A stretch of DNA of 64,000 nt from contig CBDCQT010000005.1 in the NCBI GenBank assembly GCA_965220745.1, forward strand, positions 96,001 to 160,000, in the 5' to 3' direction. Below are positions 1 through 10,594 of the stretch, piece by piece; within the stretch, counting starts at the first letter, position 1; the number at the start of each line of letters is the position of its first letter. The notes beneath the pieces are model-generated. The model worked only from the letters and a program-made list of their open reading frames with translations, had not been told where the DNA came from and ran no database searches. This DNA comes from Alphaproteobacteria bacterium. Lineage in GTDB: Bacteria; Pseudomonadota; Alphaproteobacteria; UBA828. The position numbers were made by a program, and so were the translations under genes.

Positions 1-916
<916 letters not shown>

Positions 917-957
917 CGCGCTTATGTTCGTCCGCTCCGGCCCCGCGGCACGGGGCC

Positions 958-1947
958 TTAGGGCGAGGCTTCCGCGCTGTGTGCCGAGAGCGTCATCGCA
1001 TCCCTGCGACGCAGCAGATCCGCGACCACCGATGCGGCAATGACCGCCGGCTGTTTCGACGTAACGCCGTCGATGCCGATGGGGCAGACCAACCGTTCGA
1101 TATCGTCGCCCGCCAGGCCCGCCTGCCGCATGCGGCTGATAAAGCGGGCCTTCTTCGACGCCGAGCCGATCAGGCCGACATAGCCGAACCGCCTTGCCCT
1201 GAGCGCGGCGAGGACCACGTCGAAGTCGAGCGCATGGCTGTGAGACATCACCAGCACGAAAGCACCGTCGGGCACACCGTCCAGCTCGGCCGCCGGTTCC
1301 GTCGCCACCACGACCCGCACGTCGCCCGGCACGATGGCAGGAAATTCGTTCTTCCGAGGATCGATCCACACCACACTGAAGTCGAGCGGCGCAAGCGCGA
1401 TGATCAAAGCGCGGCCGACATGGCCGGCGCCGATGAGCGCCAGAACCTGCTTACGTGTCCCGAAGCGCTCCAGCAGACGTCCGTCCGCCGCAAGCAGGCT
1501 GTCTTCGCCGCCCGGCAGATCGCGCTCCAGAATGGTCCGCTCCACGCACCGCTCGGTGATGCGGCCCTCGGTGGTGAAAAGTCCGGCCTTTTCGGCCTCG
1601 GCGAGCGCCTGCACCTCGGAGGCCCGCCCGGGTGTGAACACTTCCAGGAGGATGCGCACCGAGCCGCCGCAACACTGGCCAAGATCGGGGCCGAGCGCCA
1701 TTCGGGACAGACCCACCGGCGGAGCCTCCCCGCCTGCCCCGCCCTTCGCCAAGGCCGCGCGGGCGCGCTCGATCGCCTGCCATTCCAGCGTGCCGCCGCC
1801 GATCGTGCCGGCGAAGGTGCCGTCCTCCAGCACGACCATGCGCGCGCCGGGTTCGCGCGGTGCCGAGCCCTTGGCATCGACGATGCTGACCATGGCGCAG
1901 TTCTGCTCTTCGCGGAGCGCGCGGCCGATGGTCGCCCAGGTCTTCAT
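958..1947 (-). CDS. xdhC: Xanthine dehydrogenase accessory protein XdhC
   Basis: Motifs GSAPREPGARM, GTIGGGTLE, LGQCCGG, GAGHVG, GLIGSASK and CPIG; adjacent to xdhB. Confidence 0.93.
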   Translation of the reverse strand: MKTWATIGRALREEQNCAMVSIVDAKGSAPREPGARMVVLEDGTFAGTIGGGTLEWQAIERARAALAKGGAGGEAPPVGLSRMALGPDLGQCCGGSVRILLEVFTPGRASEVQALAEAEKAGLFTTEGRITERCVERTILERDLPGGEDSLLAADGRLLERFGTRKQVLALIGAGHVGRALIIALAPLDFSVVWIDPRKNEFPAIVPGDVRVVVATEPAAELDGVPDGAFVLVMSHSHALDFDVVLAALRARRFGYVGLIGSASKKARFISRMRQAGLAGDDIERLVCPIGIDGVTSKQPAVIAASVVADLLRRRDAMTLSAHSAEASP

Positions 1948-1956
1948 CGCTTCGCC

Positions 1957-4290
1957 TCACGCATCCCGCATGGAGCGGATCGCGCGGGTGATCGCTTCCG
2001 GCGTCGCCGGCGCGTCGAGCGCGGGCACCCGCCCCGGATTGAGGCTGGCGATGGCGTTCGAGATCGCCGAGAACACCGAGATCGCCAGCATCAGGGGCGG
2101 CTCGCCGACCGCTTTCGAGCGGTAGATGGTCGGCTCCCTGTTGCCCTTGGATTTCCACAGCGCGACCCTGAAGTCCTCCGGCACATCGCTCGCGACCGGT
2201 ATCTTGTAGGTGGAGGGCGCGTGGGTCGTGAGCCGGCCCTTCGCATCGAACACCAGCTCTTCGGTGGTGAGCCAGCCCATGCCCTGCACGAAGCCGCCTT
2301 CGATCTGGCCGATGTCGATCGCGGGATTGAGCGAGTTGCCGACATCGTGGAGCAGGTCCACGCGGTCTACCCGCATCTCTCCGGTCAGCGTATCGATCGT
2401 CACCTCCGAGCAGGCGGCGCCGTAGGCGAAATAGAGGAATGGCCGGCCGCTCGCCGAGGCACGGTCCCAAGTGATCTTCGGCGTCGCGAAGTAACCGGTC
2501 GAAGACAGCGAGACCCGTTCGAGGAAGCAAGTCTTCGCCAGATCAGCGAAGGGGATGCCCTGCTTGCCGACCGTGACCGTGCCGTCGGCGAAGCGGACCT
2601 CCGCCTTGGACACCTGGTAGAGCCGGCCAGCCAGAGCGGCCATACGGTCCTTGATCGTGGCGGCTGCCCGCTTCGCCGCCATGCCGTTCAGATCGGAGCC
2701 GGACGACGCGGCTGTGGGGGTGGTGTTGGGCACCATGTCGGTCTTCGTCGCGGTGATCTTCACGTGCGCGAAGTCGATGCCGAATTCCTCCGCCACGACC
2801 TGCGCGACCTTGGTGTGGAGCCCCTGGCCCATCTCGGTGCCGCCGTGGTTCACCAGCACGGAACCATCGGTATAGACGTGCACCAGCGCGCCCGCCTGGT
2901 TCAGGTGCTTCAGCGTGAAGGCGATCCCGAACTTCACGGGCGTGAGGGACATCCCCTTCCTGAGAAAGCGGTTGGCCTCGTTGAAGGCCGCGATGCCCTT
3001 GCGTCGTTCCCGGTAATCGCTCGTCTTCTCCAGCTCGCGCACCAGCCGCGGCAGGATGTTGTCGCCCACCTTCATGCCGTAGGGCGTAATGTCCCGCCCG
3101 CGGCCGTAGAGATTGCGCTTGCGCACGTCCAGCGGGTCCAGGCCGAGCCGGCAGGCGATATCGTCCATCATCCGCTCGGCGAGCATCATGCCCTGCGGCC
3201 CGCCGAACCCCCTGAACGCCGTGTTCGAGACCGTGTCGGTCTTGACCCGCCGCGAGAGGATCCGCGCGCTCGGGTAGTAGTAGGCGTTGTCGGCGTGGAA
3301 CATGGCCCGGTCGCAGACGGCCATGGAGAGATCGGCCGAGTAGCCGCAGCGGGCGTTGAGCGCGCCGTCGACCGCCACCAGTCTGCCACGCTCGTCGCAG
3401 CCATAGCTGTAATCGACCCTGAAATCGTGGCGCTTGCCGGTCATGATCATGTCGTCGTCGCGGTCGAGGCGGAGCTTGGCGGCCGAGCCGGTTACGCTGG
3501 CTGCGAGCGCGGCGAGGCAGGCCCATTGCGCCGCCTGGCTTTCCTTGCCGCCGAAGGCGCCGCCCATGCGCCGGCATTCGCACACCACCTCCGAATCCGG
3601 CTTGCCCAGCATGGCCGCCACGAGGTGCTGGATTTCCGAGGGATGCTGCGTCGACGAGACAACGTGCATCGCACCGCCCTCGCCGGGCAGCGCCAGGGCG
3701 ACTTGCCCCTCGAGATAGAAGTGCTCCTGACCGCCGACGTGGAGTGAGCCCGACCCCGTGTGCGTGGTTTGTTTCATCTCCGCCTGCGGCTCGCCGCGCA
3801 GGAACTGATAGTCGGGGAGGATAGTCTCGCCCGAGGCAAGGCCAGCCTCGACCGAGACACGGGGCGTCTCTTCCTCGACCGCGATGCGTGCCAGTCGGGA
3901 GGCGCGCCGCGCCTCGTCCCGGCTGCGCGCCGCCACCGCGAAGACCACTTGGCCGTGAAACGCGATGCGGCCGTCGGCGAGGATCGGGTCGTCGCCGAAG
4001 ACCGGGCTGCAGTCGTTCTTGCCGGGGATGTCGGCGGCGGTCAGCACCGCCACGACGCCTGGCGCGGCGCGCACCGCATCGAGGTCGAGCGCGGTGATCC
4101 GGCCGCGGGCGGCATGGTTGGCATATCCGGGCGCGATGTGCACCAGCGCCGCCGGCTCGGGAACGTCGTCGATGAACCGCGCCGTGCCCTGGACGTGCCC
4201 GCGCGCGCTGTCGTGGGCGAGCGCCCGCCCGACCGAGCCGTGGCCCTCCGCGGTCGCAGTCCGGACCGCTTGCGCAGCCTCAGGCGGCAC
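1957..4290 (-). CDS. xdhB: Xanthine dehydrogenase molybdopterin-binding subunit
   Basis: Motifs HDSARGHV, GGQEHFYLE, RRMGGAFGGKE, AFRGFGGPQG, GQIEGGFVQG and SKAVGEPP. Start placed at GTG 4290, overlapping the xdhA end, rather than the ORF-track start at 4464. Confidence 0.95.
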   Translation of the reverse strand: MPPEAAQAVRTATAEGHGSVGRALAHDSARGHVQGTARFIDDVPEPAALVHIAPGYANHAARGRITALDLDAVRAAPGVVAVLTAADIPGKNDCSPVFGDDPILADGRIAFHGQVVFAVAARSRDEARRASRLARIAVEEETPRVSVEAGLASGETILPDYQFLRGEPQAEMKQTTHTGSGSLHVGGQEHFYLEGQVALALPGEGGAMHVVSSTQHPSEIQHLVAAMLGKPDSEVVCECRRMGGAFGGKESQAAQWACLAALAASVTGSAAKLRLDRDDDMIMTGKRHDFRVDYSYGCDERGRLVAVDGALNARCGYSADLSMAVCDRAMFHADNAYYYPSARILSRRVKTDTVSNTAFRGFGGPQGMMLAERMMDDIACRLGLDPLDVRKRNLYGRGRDITPYGMKVGDNILPRLVRELEKTSDYRERRKGIAAFNEANRFLRKGMSLTPVKFGIAFTLKHLNQAGALVHVYTDGSVLVNHGGTEMGQGLHTKVAQVVAEEFGIDFAHVKITATKTDMVPNTTPTAASSGSDLNGMAAKRAAATIKDRMAALAGRLYQVSKAEVRFADGTVTVGKQGIPFADLAKTCFLERVSLSSTGYFATPKITWDRASASGRPFLYFAYGAACSEVTIDTLTGEMRVDRVDLLHDVGNSLNPAIDIGQIEGGFVQGMGWLTTEELVFDAKGRLTTHAPSTYKIPVASDVPEDFRVALWKSKGNREPTIYRSKAVGEPPLMLAISVFSAISNAIASLNPGRVPALDAPATPEAITRAIRSMRDA

Positions 4291-5767
4291 GCTCGGTGTC
4301 CTCCGGCCGCAGGCCCAGAAGCCGGGTAGCGGCGCTCGCCTCGCCGCCCGCCTCGTGCAGGGCCTTGCGCAGCAGCGCCTGCGCCGTCTCCAGCCGATAC
4401 CCGGCGCTCGCCCGCATGTCGTCGATGGGCTGATAGTCGGATGCCAGGGCCTCGCAGGCGGCATCCCAGTTGTGCGGGCTCTCTAGCCGCACGCCCCCGA
4501 GGGCGGCTTCCGTCGCGGCTGCCCGCTTCGGCGTGGCCGCCATGCCGCCAAAGGCGACGCGCGCGTGCGTGATGCGGCCCGTCTCCACGGTGAACCTGAA
4601 CGCGCCCAGGACGGCGGAAATGTCCTGATCGAAGCGTTTGGAGATCTTGTAGCAGCGGAAGATCTCGCCGGTCTTGAGCCTCGGCACGTCGATCCCGGTC
4701 ACGAATTCGCCTGGGGCCCGGTCCTGCTTGCCGTAGTCGACGAAGAAGTCCTCGAGCGGCATGGACCGCATCGCCTCACCCCGGCGCAGATGCAGCGTCG
4801 TGCCGAGCGCGATCAGCGCGGGCATCGAATCGCCGATGGGGGAGCCGTTGGCGATGTTCCCGCCAAGCGTTCCCACCGCGCGGACCTGCTTGCCGCCGAA
4901 ACGACGCAACAGCTCGACGAGGTCGGGATCGATCGCCGCCATGGCGGGTTCCGCCTGTGCATGAGTGACGCCCGCTCCAAAATAGAAGCCCTGCTCGGTC
5001 TCGCGCATCTCCGCCAGGCCGGCCACCCTTCCCAGGAGGATGACCTTCGGCAGGGCCCGAAGCTGCTTGGTGATCCACAGGCCGACATCCGTGGCGCCCG
5101 CGACCAGCGTGGCGTCGGGATGCCGTGCGTAGAGGCGGGCGAGCGCATCGACCGTGGCCGGTGCCGCCAGGAACCCCGTCGCCTCGTCACCGATGAAGAG
5201 GCCCTCGCCATCGTCGAGCGCCGCCAAGCGTTCGACGGTGGCGGCACGGTGCGCCGCGAACGCGTCGCGCGGCGCTCCGGCGCATGCTTCCAGCGCCGCA
5301 TCGACGATGGGCCGGTAGCCGGTGCAGCGGCACAGATTGCCGGCGAGCGTGTCGTTCACCGCCTGCCGGTCCGCGCGCCCGCCGGTGTGGTAGAGCGTGA
5401 AGAGACTCATCACGATGCCCGGCGTGCAGAAGCCGCACTGGCTGCCGTGGTGCCTGAGCACAGCGTCCTGCACCGGGTGCAGTGCGCCGTCCAGCCCCAC
5501 CAGGTCCTCGACGGCGACCAGCTCCTTGCCGTCGATCATGCCCAACAGGCAGATGCAGGCGTTGACCGGCGCGTACTCCAGCCTGCCGTCCTGCAGGGTG
5601 CCGAGCGCCACGGTGCAGGCGCCGCAGTCGCCCTCGGCGCAGCCTTCCTTGGTGCCGCAGGCATCGCGGCGCAGCCGCAGGTAATCGAGCAGGGTCTCGT
5701 TCGCGCCCACATCGGTCAGCGAGACGACCTCGCCACGGTGGAGAAACCGGACCGACGAGCGCGTCAT
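4280..5767 (-). CDS. xdhA: Xanthine dehydrogenase small subunit (2Fe-2S + FAD)
   Basis: Motifs GTKEGCAEGDCGAC, QCGFCTPG, GNLCRCTGY, AGATDVGL and KISKRFDQDIS. Confidence 0.95.
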   Translation of the reverse strand: MTRSSVRFLHRGEVVSLTDVGANETLLDYLRLRRDACGTKEGCAEGDCGACTVALGTLQDGRLEYAPVNACICLLGMIDGKELVAVEDLVGLDGALHPVQDAVLRHHGSQCGFCTPGIVMSLFTLYHTGGRADRQAVNDTLAGNLCRCTGYRPIVDAALEACAGAPRDAFAAHRAATVERLAALDDGEGLFIGDEATGFLAAPATVDALARLYARHPDATLVAGATDVGLWITKQLRALPKVILLGRVAGLAEMRETEQGFYFGAGVTHAQAEPAMAAIDPDLVELLRRFGGKQVRAVGTLGGNIANGSPIGDSMPALIALGTTLHLRRGEAMRSMPLEDFFVDYGKQDRAPGEFVTGIDVPRLKTGEIFRCYKISKRFDQDISAVLGAFRFTVETGRITHARVAFGGMAATPKRAAATEAALGGVRLESPHNWDAACEALASDYQPIDDMRASAGYRLETAQALLRKALHEAGGEASAATRLLGLRPEDTERAA

Positions 5768-5770
5768 GCG

Positions 5771-6124
5771 TCAGCTGCCGCGATAGGTGGAATAGCCATA
5801 GGCGGAAAGTAGCAGCGGGACGTGGTAGTGGCCTTGCGGATCCGCGACACCGAAGCGCACTGGCACGACGTCGAGGAACGGCGGTTCGGGAAGCGACCCG
5901 CCCGTGCGCCTTCGATAATCGCCCGCCATGAAGCGCAATTCGTAGGTGCCGGCGGCAAATGCGTCGCCTTCCAGCAACGGGGCCTCGACCCGGCCGTCGT
6001 CGTTCGTCACGACGGTCTTGAGTCGCTCCGCCGCCGCACCGTCCAGGCGCCAGAGCTCCACCGTCAACCCATTCGCCGGCGTGCCCAGCGTCAAATCAAG
6101 GACATGTGTCGTCAACCGCCCGAT
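5771..6124 (-). CDS. uraH: 5-hydroxyisourate hydrolase (transthyretin-like)
   Basis: N-terminal LTTHVLD and C-terminal [19 protein letters not shown] signature. The start is either TTG 6115 or ATC 6124 (see findings). Confidence 0.93.
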   Translation of the reverse strand: MGRLTTHVLDLTLGTPANGLTVELWRLDGAAAERLKTVVTNDDGRVEAPLLEGDAFAAGTYELRFMAGDYRRRTGGSLPEPPFLDVVPVRFGVADPQGHYHVPLLLSAYGYSTYRGS

Positions 6125-6189
6125 CGGTCTTCACTCCTTGGCTGTCGAAGGCCGCTTTGTCGTTTCTTCAAAACAACCGGCGATTGTCT

Positions 6190-6225
6190 ACGAAATTTTG
6201 AGATCGCAAAAGAACGGTATTTCGT
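6190..6225. promoter_or_regulatory. Putative operator upstream of the uraH-xdh operon
   Basis: AT-rich patch with near-palindrome TTTTGagatcgCAAAA (6196-6211) inside the inverted repeat ACGAAAT (6190-6196) / ATTTCGT (6219-6225). Confidence 0.4.
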
Positions 6226-6350
6226 GAATTGGCACTCGGGATGGACTGCTAAGCCGCTGCTCTGCGGTCAGGCCGGCGCCATGCCGTTCTGCCGCTCTCG
6301 ATGCATTCGCTGCCGCCCGCGCCGGCGCGGCGCAGCAATGTCAGCGCGAC

Positions 6351-7373
6351 TCAGGTGGTGACCACGATCTTGCCGCGCTGCACGTTGGATTCCATGTAGC
6401 GATGGGCGTCCACGATCTGCTCGAGCGGGAAGGTCCGGTCGATGATCGGCTTCAACGCGCCCGAGGCCACCTCGTCGTGCACGAAGGCGAAGCAGGCGGC
6501 GCGCTTTTTCGGCAGGCGCATCGTGTCGTACAGGCTGTGGAACTTGAAGAAGAGCCGCTTCGCGAGCATCGGCAGGACGGGGATGTCGATCGCCTCGGTG
6601 CGGAGGTTGCCGTAGTTGACGATGAGCCCATAGGGCTGCGCCGCCGCGACGAGATCGGCAATGAAGGCGCCGCCCACCGGGTCGTAGGCGATGGTGAAGC
6701 CCTGGCCACCGGTGATCTCCTTCACGCGTGTCTCCAGGTCCTCCTCCTCGGTGGCGACGACGTGATCGGCACCCGCGCCGAGCAGGAAATCAGCCTTCTC
6801 GGACCTGCGCGTGGCGGCGATCACCGTGGCCCCGGCATTCTTCGCGATCTGCAGCCCGGCAAGCGCGGCGCTGCTGCTCGCCGCCGTAACCAGCACGATG
6901 TCATCGGACGAGACGCCGGCGTGATCGACCAGCCCGCCCCACGCCGTGCCGTACTGGCACCAGATCGCGCCGGCCTCCACCGCCGAAATGTCGTCGGGAT
7001 TGCGCGCGACGCAGAACGCGGGCACCACCGCGCTCTCGCCGTAGAGGCCGTACTTGTTGACCGAATCGCTGGTCCAGTTGCCCCACTGGTCCCACGAATT
7101 GAAGGGAACGGCACCGGCGCGCTCTCCGACGGAGAGGCCCGAGACGCCGGGGCCCAGCGCATCGACCACGCCGCTCGCCTCGATCCCGATGCGGGAAGGG
7201 AAGGTGGGGTGCGAGACATAGGCGCCGTTGCGAAGCATGATCTCCGCCCGGTTGAGTCCGATCGCCTCGATCTTGAGGCGGACCTCGCCTTCCCCCGGCT
7301 CTTTGAGCGGCTCGTCGCGAACCTCCAGGACCTCCGGGCCGCCGTGTCTGGCAAATCGAACGATGCGTGGCAT
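6351..7373 (-). CDS. MDR-family NAD(P)H:quinone oxidoreductase-like protein
   Basis: Motifs GGPEVL, AIGLNRAE, GIEASGVV, VTAASSS, YDPVGG and GKIVV; no Zn-ligand cysteine cluster. Confidence 0.85.
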   Translation of the reverse strand: MPRIVRFARHGGPEVLEVRDEPLKEPGEGEVRLKIEAIGLNRAEIMLRNGAYVSHPTFPSRIGIEASGVVDALGPGVSGLSVGERAGAVPFNSWDQWGNWTSDSVNKYGLYGESAVVPAFCVARNPDDISAVEAGAIWCQYGTAWGGLVDHAGVSSDDIVLVTAASSSAALAGLQIAKNAGATVIAATRRSEKADFLLGAGADHVVATEEEDLETRVKEITGGQGFTIAYDPVGGAFIADLVAAAQPYGLIVNYGNLRTEAIDIPVLPMLAKRLFFKFHSLYDTMRLPKKRAACFAFVHDEVASGALKPIIDRTFPLEQIVDAHRYMESNVQRGKIVVTT

Positions 7374-7563
7374 GCGATTGACCTCTCCCCGTCTCGGAAA
7401 CTTTGTCGAACGTTTGGATGATAAGGCTTGAGAACGGTCGAGTGGAGCCCTCGCCCGGTCGAAAACGCCCGCACCACGCCCGCGGGCACACGATTTCGAA
7501 AAGGCGCCATAATTCGGTCGAATTCTCGTGCGATGGTCGCCTCAACAGCCGGGGTGACTGCTG

Positions 7564-8391
7564 TTGCGGCTTCTTCACAAGGGACGGTGGTTCGGAGGTC
7601 GCCCGCTCCGCTCTCGGTGGGTGCTCGTCGTGGGCTGCGCCATGGTCCTGATCGGCTCCGTGACGGCGGCCATCCCGGCTGACTCGGTTGAGTCCGACGA
7701 AACGACCTTTCTCCACCCGTCTCCCTGGGAAGCGGTCGACACCGAGGCGCAATTCCTGGCCGACCGCATTCTTCGAAGGGAAGGCGGACTGATGTTGGAC
7801 GACGAGCGCCAGTACGCGCTTCGTCACGAGGTCAAGCAGGCACTGTCGCTTATTCGCCGCGCGTATCCGGCGATGACGAAGGTTCGCGTGCGAGAGGAAT
7901 ACAGGCCGGGGAGGATCATACTTGGCCTCGAGGGTGAGCTAAAAGACAGCGTCGTCGGCCTGTGGAACGGTGAAAACGCGCTTGACCCGCCGCCCACCGG
8001 GCACGCGGCCTTCGATGCCCTCAATGCGAGGTTGGGGCTCAGGGCTGCGGAGGTGCTCCGCGCTGGCGGTTTCGCTTTTCTGGAAGTGGACGAGCGCGTG
8101 GACGTGGTGGAGGCAACTCTTGCCTATCTCTTCATCGACGGCGTCGACTACGCCCGGCCCGAGTGGATGGTAGGGGGTAGCCCCGATGTCGACGCGGCCA
8201 AGGCGCAGGGTACCTGGCACTTCGTCTTTCGCAACGCGTGGGGCGATTGCCCCGCCGGTTGCATCTACAGCGAGCTCTCGTTCTTCACCGTGGCGGAAGG
8301 CGAGGTCCAACGGCTCGAGCCCCCAGAGGCGCGCAGCATGGACCCGTTCGCGGCGCTTCTTGAGGTTAGAGGTTGGCGCTGGCTCGGATAG
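7564..8391 (+). CDS. Hypothetical exported protein with WGDCPAGC motif
   Basis: A 275-aa ORF filling the intergenic gap, with a hydrophobic N-terminal segment (WVLVVGCAMVLIGSVTAA). Start uncertain. Confidence 0.65.
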   Translation: MRLLHKGRWFGGRPLRSRWVLVVGCAMVLIGSVTAAIPADSVESDETTFLHPSPWEAVDTEAQFLADRILRREGGLMLDDERQYALRHEVKQALSLIRRAYPAMTKVRVREEYRPGRIILGLEGELKDSVVGLWNGENALDPPPTGHAAFDALNARLGLRAAEVLRAGGFAFLEVDERVDVVEATLAYLFIDGVDYARPEWMVGGSPDVDAAKAQGTWHFVFRNAWGDCPAGCIYSELSFFTVAEGEVQRLEPPEARSMDPFAALLEVRGWRWLG

Positions 8392-8409
8392 AAGCGGGTC
8401 AGCCGGCGC

Positions 8410-9522
8410 TCAGGCTGCCGGCAGGTCGAAGTTGTAGAAGCGGGCGCAGTTGTTGAAGGTGATGTCCCGCCGCGTCTCCTCGTCGAGATGGCCGAAGACG
8501 CGCTCGATCACCGCCATCGTATTCGGGTACGTACATCGGGCGTGGGGAAAGTCCGAGCCCCACATGATGGTCTTCGGGTCGATCACGTCCAACACCTTGT
8601 CGAGGTAGGGATCGTCGATCAGCCCGTGATAGATCTGGCCCATGTACTCCTCGATCGGCCGCTTGATCTTGGGGATGTCCAGCGCGGGGCCGAAGTCGTC
8701 CTGAATCTGCTTGGCGCGGAACAGCCAGTAGGGCAGCCAGCAGACCTCGTACTCCGAGAGCACGAGCTTCAGATCCTCGAAGCGGTCGAGAACGCCGCCG
8801 AAGATGAACTCGTTGGCGAGCACGGGCCCGGCCTCCGCCAGGACGCCGATGCAAGTGCGCGGCACGTTGATGCGCTCAGGCCCGTGCAGGACAAAGGGGT
8901 CGACCTCGTTTCCGGTGATGATGTGGAGCGTCACCGGCTGGTCCAGCTCCTGCGCGAGCGCCCAGAAGGGATCGTAGTGCTTGTCCTGGAACGGCGGCCA
9001 CTCGGGGCGGGAGTCGCAGTTGATGATCACGCTCTTCAGCCCGCGCTTCGCGGTGCGCTCCAGCTCCTTGCAGGCCCAGTCGATGTCCGCCATGTGGATC
9101 ATCGAGGTGCCGTAGAGCTGCTTCGGCGCGTGGCTGCAGTATTCGGCGAGCCAGTCGTTGAACACGCTGCACAGGTCTTCGACCAGCCGGTCGTCCCGCG
9201 CGCGCATCGCATAGAGCATCCAGGTCGAGTTCACGATCTCGCCGACGACACCGTCCTCTTTCATGCACTCCAGCCGGATCGCGGGGTCGGTGCCTGAGCC
9301 CACGAGCTTCCGCTGCAGCTCCTCGTCGCCCTCGACGATCTCGTCCACGCGCACGTATTCGAAGCCCGTGAAGAAGTGGTCGCCCTCGACGCCGGCATGT
9401 TCGGACACCATGCGCGGCACGGCATCGCCGTAGCGCGTGCCGAGCGGCTTCGACCACAGATCCGCCGGCTCGATGACGTGGGAATCGCCCGAGATAACGG
9501 GCAGTTGTCCGTTAGTCGACAT
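8410..9522 (-). CDS. Amidohydrolase family 2 protein
   Basis: Metal-site motifs ISGDSHVIEP, VTLHI, GGVLDRF and MWGSDFPH. Confidence 0.9.
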   Translation of the reverse strand: MSTNGQLPVISGDSHVIEPADLWSKPLGTRYGDAVPRMVSEHAGVEGDHFFTGFEYVRVDEIVEGDEELQRKLVGSGTDPAIRLECMKEDGVVGEIVNSTWMLYAMRARDDRLVEDLCSVFNDWLAEYCSHAPKQLYGTSMIHMADIDWACKELERTAKRGLKSVIINCDSRPEWPPFQDKHYDPFWALAQELDQPVTLHIITGNEVDPFVLHGPERINVPRTCIGVLAEAGPVLANEFIFGGVLDRFEDLKLVLSEYEVCWLPYWLFRAKQIQDDFGPALDIPKIKRPIEEYMGQIYHGLIDDPYLDKVLDVIDPKTIMWGSDFPHARCTYPNTMAVIERVFGHLDEETRRDITFNNCARFYNFDLPAA

Positions 9523-9552
9523 CGCTAACTTCTGAGCCCTGGTTTTGGAGAG

Positions 9553-10578
9553 CTAGTCTCTCAGCATGAGCAGCAGCTTCTGCCGGTAGTTGTCGGCGAT
9601 CACCGCGAGGATGAGCAGGATGCCGATCACCACTAGCTGCATGTAGGAGCTGATGCGCAGCAGGTTCATGCCGTTCTGCACGAGGATGATGAAGATGGCG
9701 CCGAGCACCACGTTGGGCAGCCGCCCGGTACCGCCGAAGAGGCTGACGCCGCCGATCACGCATGCCGCGATCGAGAGCAGCGGGTACTCCTTGCCGATGT
9801 TGCCCTCGCCGCTTTCCAGCCTTGCCGTGAGCATGATGGCGCCGATGGTCGTGATCGCGGCAGTCACGACGTAGGCCATGAACAGGTAGAAGCGCGTGCT
9901 GATGCCCGAGAGCTGGGAGGCCTTGAGGTTGCCGCCGAGCGCGTAGAGATAGCGCCCCATCCGGGTCCAGTTGAGGAACACGTACATCAGGATGATGAAC
10001 CCGATGGTGATCCAGATCGGGATCGGGACACCGATTCCCCTGCCGTAGCCGAGGACGTTCGCGAAGTTGTCCGGCATGCCGTAGATCGGCGTGCCGCCTG
10101 TGATCATGAGCGCGATGCCGAAGACGATGGACGACATCGCCAACGTCATCATGAAGGGCGGCACGCGGAAGACCGCCACGCCGATGCCGTTGACCACGCC
10201 GATGCCGGTGCCGGCGCCAAAGCCGGCGAGGCAGCCGATGAGAATCGCGGCCGTGGTGGCTTCGCCGCCGTCCCACACGCCCACCATGGTCATGGATGTG
10301 ATGACCGAGACCAGGGCGAACATGACACCCACCGAGAGATCGAGGCCTGCGGTCAGCAGCACGACCATCTGGCCCATGGAGACCATGATCAGGTAGGTGG
10401 ACTGGCGCGCGACCTGCATGAGATTGCGGCCGCTGAAGAAATTGTCTGTGGTAATCGCGAAGACAATGATTGCGATGATGAGGAACCAGGGGAGCACGCC
10501 CGCGCGGACGAAGATGAGCGTCGCAAAATACTCCGCCCTCTCCAACGCCGTCGGACGCTGTTGGGCTACATCGGCCAT
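9553..10578 (-). CDS. ABC transporter permease (RbsC/CUT2 type)
   Basis: Motifs GLDLSVG, GRYLYALGGN and IAACVIGGVSLFGG; multiple TM segments. Start at ATG 10578 after GGGAGAG. Confidence 0.9.
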   Translation of the reverse strand: MADVAQQRPTALERAEYFATLIFVRAGVLPWFLIIAIIVFAITTDNFFSGRNLMQVARQSTYLIMVSMGQMVVLLTAGLDLSVGVMFALVSVITSMTMVGVWDGGEATTAAILIGCLAGFGAGTGIGVVNGIGVAVFRVPPFMMTLAMSSIVFGIALMITGGTPIYGMPDNFANVLGYGRGIGVPIPIWITIGFIILMYVFLNWTRMGRYLYALGGNLKASQLSGISTRFYLFMAYVVTAAITTIGAIMLTARLESGEGNIGKEYPLLSIAACVIGGVSLFGGTGRLPNVVLGAIFIILVQNGMNLLRISSYMQLVVIGILLILAVIADNYRQKLLLMLRD

Positions 10579-10594
10579 AAACTCTCCCTCCGGA

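Noticed and set aside
4291-4464. N-terminal extension of xdhB
   Set aside because: It lies within xdhA in another frame and has low-complexity Arg-rich composition.
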